Assembly: GCF_009914755.1 (NCBI RefSeq)
Contig: NC_060934.1
Source of the DNA: the human T2T-CHM13v2.0 reference genome, Homo sapiens
Direction: 5' to 3' (one strand)
Length of the DNA: 64,000 nt
Made by a program: the position numbers and the translations under genes. Below are positions 55,368 through 64,000 of this stretch, piece by piece. Numbering within the stretch: position 1 is the first letter of the stretch; every line of letters starts with the position of its first letter. The notes beneath the pieces were generated by a model, which saw only the letters and a list, made by a program, of their open reading frames with translations, searched no databases and had not been told where the DNA came from.

Positions 55368-56130
55368 ATCACTCATCAGAGAAATGCAAATTAAGGCTCA
55401 TGCCTGTAATCCCTGAGACTTGGGAGGCTGAGGAAGGAGAGGGAGAATCACTTGAGGCCAGGACTTTAAGATCAACCTGGGTAACATAGTGAGATGCCAT
55501 CTCAAAAAAATGGAAATTAAAAACACAAGGATATACCACTGCGCCCCTGCCAGAGCAATTAAAATGGAAAAGACTGATGATAGTGAGTGCTGGTGAGGGT
55601 GCAGGGCGACCCCAACTCTCATCCCTTCCTAGTGGGAGGGTAACCTGGACAACAGCTTTAGAGGGCTGAAGCTATCTCTAAAGTTAAACATGTAGACACG
55701 GCCCAGCCCAAAAGCTTCACCCCTGGGAGTATCCCCAGCAGAAAGAAATATCTGTCCTCGAAAGGCATGTCAGACATGTTCATGGCAACCTTACTCAAAA
55801 TAGTCAAAACCTGGGGAGAACCCAAATATTCAACAGCAGTAAAATGGATAAACAAATTATGGTGTGTTCATACAGTAAAGTACACCACAGCAATACAACA
55901 CAATAAATGATGGCTGTATGCCTCACCCTGGGTGACCACACATACACACAGCATGGGGGACACCCCAGAATAGTTACTGCTTGGTTCCACTCAAGTGATG
56001 TTGAGAAACAAGCAAACCTTGCTGGAGAGATGGAAGAGTGGTTGCCATGGGTAGCCTGATGGGAGGGGAACAGGGGAGCCCCTGGGTGATGCAGAGATTC
56101 TAGATCGAGATCTGGGAGGTGGCTCCTGGT
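55368..56130 (+). mobile_element. Old L1ME-type ORF2 end and 3' UTR, interrupted by FLAM
   Basis: catcagagaaatgcaaattaa|aaacacaaggatataccac...aatagtcaaaacctgggga gaacccaaatattcaacagcagtaaaatggataaacaaatt. Confidence 0.85.
55395..55509 (+). mobile_element. FLAM (free left Alu monomer)
   Basis: ggctcatgcctgtaatccc...cacttgaggccaggac...catctcaaaaaaa; TSD aaatgcaaattaa/aaatggaaattaa. Confidence 0.88.
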
Positions 56131-57863
56131 GCCCATTTCTTTCATTGTAAATGGGATAATAAAACATGACTTTGGAGTTCTTATGGACTGAGTAAAGTGA
56201 TGGACATCAGGGCTCAGCACTGTGCAGGGTGAGAAGTACCCCAGACAGGGTGCAGGGCAAGTATTTGTTTCTTCATATCCTCTAGTCCTTAGTCAAAAGG
56301 AGAGGGGGTAGAATATGGAGTCCAGAGCCTGAATGTGGGCCAGATTGGTAGATGGAGCCTCCTGCAGTTCCGTAGCCAGAGAAGTCCCAGGAGCATCTAT
56401 CCCTGCAGCTCCAGAATGCTTTGCAGCTAGGGGAGCTCAGGTCCCTTAATTAGCCCACCCTCCCTGACCAGCCCCCAGGACTGCCACCACCAGAAGCTAA
56501 GGCGAGTCTCCTCTCAGCCAATGGGCCATGTCCAGGGAAGGACTCTGAAGGCCCATGATCACTCCGGTAAGGGAACCTGAGCCCAGTGGGTCCCAGCAGC
56601 CACTTGCTTGCCTTGTAGCACTGTCATTGGCCTCTGACAGCTCAGCTGGAGTCTAGCTTAGCTGCCTTTTTGTAGTTAGACATCCCACTGGCCCCATTGA
56701 ACATAGACTTGAGACCCTGTGGTTAGAGGCAACAACTCCTTGCAAAGACCAAAGGCCCTTGGCTCCTCCTTGGTTCTGGGGCCTCAGCATTTGGATCTTT
56801 TCCTGGCAGACACCAGTGCTTTCAAAGGGCTGTACTGGGCGGGGCAATTGGCTTGTTCCCAGGATCCCATAATTCATGGACATGCACAGAGGCAGAAACC
56901 TGGTTAGGGGCAGTCTCTGGGACCCCCTCTCTGTTTCTCATGCTCCTCCTCTCTGCACAGGCAGCCCTCCCCTCTCCATGTGCCTCTGTGGTTTCGGGCA
57001 CACTTTGTGCTGGTTTCTTCAGTGATGAGATCTCTCATTCCACTCTCTCTTCTGTGTATTCACAGGCTCCTACAGAAGAACCCAAATGCAGCAGGCGACA
57101 CCCATGTGCTGTGGATGCAGCAGCACTTGTGTGTCAGCTCATGAACACAGATCGCTCACATCTGCAGCGTTCACAGGCACCAACATGGCACCTCACGAGA
57201 CATCCCAGAATTCAGGGCATTGTTAGGATAATTAGGGGTCCAGCTCATGGAGAACATCCTGCTCACCTCTCCCGGTGAGTCAGGAGGACTCTGACTTGCC
57301 TTCTCCTCCACATCCAGCCTCCCTCCAGCCTCCCCTCCCCTCCCCTCCCTGCTCCTGGCAGATACAAAGCAGGGAGCACAGCCAGACGCCAGGCTCTGTG
57401 GGGGTAGCTCCCTGCTGAGGCTGCGTGGAGTTAGTGTGTCTTGGCGGCACACTCCCCACACCCCACCTCAGGCACTAGCCGGGCACCACATCCACATGTC
57501 TCTGTGGCTTCACCCATCAGAAGATCCTCTGAAGACCTCACTGACATGTTGATGATGCAGATATAAGAAGGCAGAAAGTAAATGATGAGGTCTTATCTGC
57601 TGTCCATTTTATAGAAGTTAAGCTGAATGACCTCCACCTAGATAAGTGGCAATGTGTGTGTCCAATCTTATATCTGTTTTACCTATATTTATACATATAT
57701 GTTTCATATGTTAATTTGTCTTAATTATCTGTACACCTAAATGCATTCATGCCTTCTATTAAGTCTATTCAGTAAAGGGAAAGGAGTGAGAGAATTGAGT
57801 GTCTCCCTTGTCCTGGATGTTTTATACAGATGATAGCACTTTATTCTCACAGTCACATTAAAG

Positions 57864-58051
57864 CAGGGCTCTCATATCTGAGCTGGCCCATCCAAATGAC
57901 CTGGGGGCTTCTTAAAACACAACTTTCTAGACCCCAGTCCTAGGTTTCTGATTCAGCAGGTGTGGGTTGAGGTGTGAGAAGGTGGATTGCTGATGAGTTT
58001 CCAGGTGAGGCTGTAGCGTCTGGCCCAGGGACCCCACTTTGAGAAGCACAG
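57864..58051. mobile_element. MER5A
   Basis: About 188 bp; gtttctgattcagcaggtgtggg...ttccaggtga...gggaccccactttgagaagcacag; TSD cattaaag/ttttaaag. Confidence 0.85.
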
Positions 58052-58322
58052 TTTTAAAGAAATAGGCTCAATTTATGTTGAAAAATTTGAGGCTCACATT
58101 TGAGACGTAAAGTCATACAGCTAGTGACAGAACAGGATGTGGGCCTGGCAACACTCTGCCACCCTACACAGCACAGAGTTCCCTCGGTGTTTTTAAATGC
58201 CACTCCAAGGGCACTGCAAGGCAGCAGGACCCATGCTGCCCAGCGTGGTGTGTAGAGGCTGACAGTCTTGCACTGTGTGGTTGGAAGTTTCACAGCTACC
58301 ACTGCCTCTGAGTGACTGTCTA

Positions 58323-58780
58323 CATCTGTTAGCTTTCACTGGGTAAGAAACTGCTCCATAAGGGAGTGGCTTAAACAACTATTTATCAGTGCTGGGCAGT
58401 CTTCAGGCCTGCTGGGCAGTTCTGCTGTTGAGGTCAGGCTAACTGATGGAAGCTGGGCTTGCTCAGGTCTGGGGTCAGCTGACAGGTCAGGTGGGGTCTG
58501 CTGGTCTGGAGCCCTCTGTGCTTGCGTGGAGGTTGGCTTCATTCTGGCTGAGAGGTGGGGAGTCAGGGCCACGAGCTTCTCATAATCCAGCAGGTGACCT
58601 AGCCTCGTTCACACAGTGTCTGCCAGATTCCAGAAACGAGGGCAGAGCGTTAGTGGTGTGCAGAGGGCCTGGTTTGGATCTAGTACACATGGCTCGTGCC
58701 CTGTTCTGTTGACTAAAACACTAGAATGGCCAAGATCCAAGGGGTGGTTACAGGAAGGGGTGGAATTTGTGGCTATGTGA
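58323..58780 (-). mobile_element. Old MaLR LTR (MLT1H-K-like)
   Basis: gttagctttcactgggtaagaaactgctcc...agtggcttaaacaac...gggcagttctgctg...ctgttctgttgactaaaaca...ggccaagatccaaggg. Confidence 0.65.
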
Positions 58781-60279
58781 AAAATGGACCCTACTGTTTG
58801 TTCTGTATTACGGCCACTGCATGTCCTCCTGTGTCCCTATCCCACACCTGGCTCAACAGCAACAGGGGACAAGGAGGCCAGCTCTGCCTCTCATTTGTTG
58901 CTTCCTTTGTGGATGGCAGGAAGACAAAATCTATCGTGAACAACAGCATGCCACCAGGGTTTCCTCCTGAGAAATACGTTTTTCATTTTCCATGGAAAGC
59001 TCTTAAATGACGTTTCCTTGGAACCATCAGCTGTATGCATAAATATGGAGTTCAAATGGATATCCAGTTTTCACAGCTGTGTCTGTGCTAAATTAAAAAG
59101 AACAGAAAAACAAAGAGAAAGAAATAAAATGACCTCTGGCTTTTTGCAACAGAATGGGGGTGCAGGGAAGGAATCCTTCCAACACCGTGCAGCCGGCTTC
59201 ATTACTCCATCATGTGCAGATTGGACTCTTAATTAATCATGGCTGAATTTTTGCACTTTTACTCTGGGGCTGGTGGTTTATTTTCTTGTTCTAGTGCCCA
59301 CATGAGCATCCTCTGGCAATAAAACATCCAGAGAGAAGTTATAAAAACATGTCATCTTGGTTATAACATATGGCTAATTGATTTTTGAGAATCGCTTAAT
59401 TGTGTGACTTTAGTTAACTAAACAACAATGCCTGTTTTCACACCTCTGATATTAGCTCATACGATTTCACGACCTGCCCCTGCTGAGACACACTCCATAT
59501 TTCTGACCATAAATCTGGCCTCTGCTCAGCTAGCATATTTGCTCCAGCTTTGTTGTGGTAGTTTTACTGCATTGGTTGCCTTTAAAAAAAAATTATAGTT
59601 GGCAATAAGCATTGAGAAAGGTTTAAGGGTAGAAAGAGGTTTTCTTTTTTTCCAGTCTATATGAGCTGAATCTTTAATTTCTTCCTTAAATAAAATAATA
59701 AAAGGTAGTTTTCTTAACAACTTTGCCCAACATGGATCTCTGTAGGTTCCACTTAAACAGAATATGAGAGCAACATGAGCCTGTGGTCTTTTTTACAGAG
59801 GTTTACAAAAGCTCTGCTGAGTTCGATTAATTGCCTGGAGTTTCACAGGGGTCCGTGTCAGTTACAAGAGGGTTTTAATGTGGAAAAGTTAAGATGATAG
59901 GCATGTGAGGAGGAGGGAGAGGAGAGGCTTGAGTGAGAAGAAGGAGCTAGGGAGGAAAATAAAGGTGTTTGAGAAGCAGTGGGAAAAAAGCCTTCAGTGG
60001 ATAATGAGAAAGTGGGTTGGAAGACTCAGCATATTCCTCTAGATTATGGTACAGGCTACAAAGATGGGGGAATGAAGAGATCATCTTCCAGTTTTGCTCC
60101 TCTGGAAACTAACTGCCCGTCATGGTTATTATGCAGAGTCAAAGTACAAGATCCCTGTCAAAAGCCATAGCCTGGGGTAGAAGTAGCCACCCTCAGCGTT
60201 CCACAGCTTCACTTGAGATTGATGATGTTTTATTTTCTTCCTTACTATAAAAGAAGCCCAGAGTAATGATTACAGTCTA

Positions 60280-60490
60280 TAATAATAGCTGATACTTGCA
60301 TGTTTTTGCCATGTGGTCAGGCAGTGTTCTAGGTGCTTTGAGGATGTAATTCCTTAAAGCCTCACAAGGACCCTGTGATGCAGGTACTATTGTTACACCA
60401 TTTCACAGATGAAACTCCTGAGGCACACTGAGGTGAGTAACTTGCACACAGTCAGGTAGTTGCTGTATGTACATGGCAAAGCAGGGACTG
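60280..60490 (+). mobile_element. MIR
   Basis: aataatagctgatactt...caggtactattgttacaccatttcacagatgaaactcctgaggcacactgaggtgagtaacttgc. Confidence 0.85.
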
Positions 60491-60639
60491 ATGGGCTCTT
60501 TGCTACCTTGCCTCCTTGTTTGGATATTCCCCAGGTAAAGCCTTCAACAAGGCCCTGGGTGCTAGGCCCTGCAGTCATCGGTGCCAGGAAAATACACTGG
60601 GGCTGATTCTCGAGGTGGAAAGATGTATGCCTTTTATTC

Positions 60640-61030
60640 CCTTTCTTGCCTTACTACACTGGCTAGAAGTTGCAGATGATGTTGAGATCTTGCTTCATTC
60701 CCAGCATTTGGAGAAAAGTATTTCGCATTTTGCCATTAAGTGTGATGTTAGCTGTAGGTCTTTTTGTTGATACTCTATCAAGTTGCGGAAGTTCCCCCTA
60801 CTCTTCATTTTCTGAGAGTTTAAAAAAAATTATAAATGGTGTTTTTTTCTGTATCCATTGATATGATCATGTAATTTCTTTCTCCATTAATACAGTGGAT
60901 TACACAGATAGATTTTTTAGTACTGAACTAGCCTTGAACTCCTGGAGTACACTCCACTTGGTCATGGAGTATATTCTTTCTATATATTGCTAAATTTGAT
61001 TTGCTGATACTTTGTTAAGGATTTTTGCAA
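60640..61030 (-). mobile_element. Old L1M ORF2 fragment, antisense
   Basis: ccattaagtgtgatgttagctgtaggt...gaagttcccctac...atccattgatatgatcatg...tgatactttgttaaggatttttgca. Confidence 0.85.
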
Positions 61031-62539
61031 CAAGAGAAGGAAAAGAGTATGCAAAATTTGAACCTTCACCTGAACAGTGGGCAAACCCAGGATTGCCTAA
61101 AGTTTCTGGCTCTGTGGGGCCTATCCTGGCCAGGCCCCACTGAGGAAGACTGCTGTGCCATAGTGCCGACAGGATGGGACCACATGGTAAAAGAAAACAC
61201 AGAAAAAAAGGACAAACCTGAATGTTCTCATCTGGACCATCCCATTCTTGTAAAAACAAGCAAACAATTATAAAAGGTCACAGCTTTGTGCGATTCTTAG
61301 GGGAAGGTCTCAACCAAAGCATTGAGACTGAGTTCAGTGCTAGATGCCAAGCAAGAACCACAGAAAAACCAAACAAGTCACTCTTCTATACTTTTGTATC
61401 AAGATTAAAAATTTTCAGCAATTTTCATTGAACAGAAACAAAGCACTCTGCAGGAATGCAATCCCCTCAGCTATCAATACTTGCCTTCATCCCCCTCAAC
61501 CCCACCATAACAGTCATGGTGAAGGTCAGTGTGCCCCAGGCTCTGTGGCTGACTAACTTTAGGGAAGAAGGACACAGGGTCCCAGGCAGGGGGCACCATT
61601 CAGGCAGACCCCACTCTCCACTTTGTCCAAGCATGTTCCTGCCTTCCTGGGTGACAGCGGCTTTTCTGTGTACCTTTGGCCTAATTCCTTGTGCTGGCTC
61701 CTGCATTGGTAACCACCCTGTTGTGACCTATAATTCATCTTCCAAACCAAGGATGTGGCAATTTTGAAAGTGATTTTGCCAGAACAGCAGGCCTAACCTA
61801 GGATTGCTTGGGGCAAATGGACCCATACGGTCCGTCTTCTAATATTTGAGGTTCTCCAGAAGTGGGGCTCTGGGTTGTCCTTGCCAGACCCCACTCCCCA
61901 CCATGGTGGCTACGAAAGGTCTGCCTGTTCCCTGCCCCAGCAGCTGAGCCCCTTCTCCTCTCTTCCAGAACCCCCTCTGCTGTCTTGCTCTGGGATCTCT
62001 AACAATCTATTGTCTGACCCTTGAACCCTGCTGTGAAATCTTGGTGTGTCCTACAGCCGTCCGTTCTCGGGCTGGACTATGCCTGCTGGTGCTTGCCCTT
62101 TGAATTTTGTCCCATGCTCTTGCTACAATCTTCTGGATTTCACACCAAGTGAGTCACTCTGTTCTCTCCACTCCCACCGGGCAGACCCATGAGGCCCCTG
62201 CATGCACATGCTCTCTGCCTCTCGAGAAGCACTCCTCCCTGTTGGGGATGCAGTGGGGGATTGAATGAGCCTCCACTGGTTTGAAAGCTGAGGGGCTTTC
62301 GTGTGTTGCCTTCCTCTTCTCCCTGCTATTTATACCTCCTGTAGTATGATTTCCCTTTCAGAGGTTAGATCCTGAGGCTCAGAAAGATTAAGGAAGCAAT
62401 TCCTTGTATTCTGTAGTGCCCCTGTAGCCTCTTGGAAGTAGGCTTAAGTTGGGAAACCCAGTCCAGCCATGGCAGAACTTGGCCTTTATTTATAAGGGAA
62501 ATGATAAGAATGTCCTGGACATTGAAAACAGGAAAGAGA

Positions 62540-63045
62540 AGAGATATTCGTACACCCATGACCGTAGCAGCATTATTCACAGTAGCCAAGAGATGGAAGC
62601 AACCCAAATGCCTATCAATGAACGAATGGAAAAGCAAGTGTGGTGCATGCATACAATGGACTATTATTCAGCCTCAAAAAGGAATGCCAAGAAAGAAAAT
62701 TCTGGCACATGCTACAATATGGAAAAAGCTTGAAGACATTATGCTAAGCGAAATAAGCCAGACACAAAAGGACAAATGCATGATTCCACTTATGTTAAGT
62801 ACTTAGAGTAGCCAAATTCATAGAGACAGAAAGCAGCATGGTAGTTGTTAGGACCGGGGGAAGTGGGATGGAGAGTTACCATTTAAGGGGTACAGTTTCA
62901 GTTTGGCATGATGAAAAGTTCTGGGGATGGATGGTGGTGATGGTTACCCAAAAATGTGAGTGTTCTTAATGCCACTGAATTGCTCACTTAAAAATGGTTA
63001 AAATAGTAAATTCTATGTTGTGTATATTTTACAAAAATTTTGAAG
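62540..63045 (+). mobile_element. L1MB-type 3' end
   Basis: gcagcattattcacagtagccaagagatggaagcaacccaaatgcctatc...gacattatgctaagcgaaataagccagacacaaaaggacaaa...cacttaaaaatggttaaaatagtaaatt. Confidence 0.92.
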
Positions 63046-63934
63046 AAGAGGGATGTTCTGGATGTTCACTCCATAGGATACTGCTTCGTTTGTTTGGTAA
63101 GGGCATTTCACTCTTCACCCTGTCCTCCTCCGCAATCCCCGCTTTCCTGGAAGCCCCCACCATCTGGCCTGAATCTGCACTATCAACTGCATGTACTGCT
63201 GATGGGCTACTCGTGCCTCTGGAGAAGTCTTCACAGACACACTAAGCAGGGCCTGGCTCTGCCCAGAGTCTGCTGGCTCCCTGGCTCTGAGGAGACATGC
63301 CAAGCCCTGCGTTGGCAGGCATTGGGAGTTGCTCTCACTCCTGTGCAGCATGGAGATGCCAGGCAGAGGGAATGCATTATGCAAGCCCAGTTCTGAGACA
63401 CCACGCATTGTGCTTTCCAGCCCAGCCATGCAATGCTGACCATGTGCAGTTATTGCAGCAAGGCTGGTGTCCTGGGGACAGGGCATCCTCTCTGTATAGC
63501 CAATGTCTCAGGGCCTCCTTGGTGCTGCTGTAGTGAGTCTAGGAAGCCAGGAGATGGATGAAAGCACTGTGGAGCCTTGTCACTCCATCACCTCTGTGTA
63601 CAGAGGAGGGGGCCAAGGCCAGCTGTCCTAGATGCTGCACAGACACAGGGAGGTTTGGTCAGATCTGGGGTCTCCTGACCCTGGGCAGCACGCACATCAT
63701 GGTCCTGAGGGCTGTATGCTGCCTGGCTGTTCTTGCACAGTGGCTCCAGGAAAGAACTCGGGAGGAGAAGTGTCTCTTTCTTTTATATAACTAGCTTCTA
63801 TTTATTTTTACCTTTTACTTTTGTTGTGTTCAAACATTTTCAAATAATGTGCCCCTCGAGCTCATAATTAAATAGCCCAATCCTTTTACTCTTCACAGCA
63901 TGTATCAGATCAAATCAGAAGCTTTTCCACAAAC

Positions 63935-64000
63935 TTTAAAAAAATATTGTAGATTAATAGGAGGTTGCAAAGATTGTACAGAGAGATCCTGTGTACCCTT
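63935..64000 (-). mobile_element. L1MC-type 3' end, antisense, running off the window
   Basis: tgtagattaataggaggttgcaaagattgtacagagagatcctgtgtaccctt. Confidence 0.6.

Overview
Primate (very probably human or great-ape) genomic DNA, judged from Alu, L1PA, MER and MLT repeats on a CpG-depleted background. I recognise no host protein-coding exon, tRNA, rRNA, CRISPR or prokaryotic feature, so the window reads as intronic or intergenic. The only convincing protein-like ORFs are transposon-derived: a 499-aa uninterrupted C-terminal part of LINE-1 ORF2p in a 5'-truncated young L1PA (30421-32150), and broken transposase pieces in a near-full-length Tigger1 (26082-28428, minus strand). The rest is older L1M, L2, L3, MIR, Alu/FLAM, MaLR/ERV solo LTRs and hAT/Tigger MITEs, often nested, plus a 37-bp minisatellite (about 7 copies) and simple repeats. 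I found no demonstrable new biological system. The best leads are: a possible ancient L1 3'-transduction (two different L1 3' ends inside one TSD pair); a CpG-decay-created ATG opening the ORF2p thumb-wrist-CTD fragment; a CpG-rich element with overlapping E-box and methyl-AP-1 sites; candidate spliced exons; and a strong plus-strand L1 bias. Repeat subfamily names come from remembered consensus sequences and boundaries of old repeats are approximate; RepeatMasker/Dfam should confirm them.
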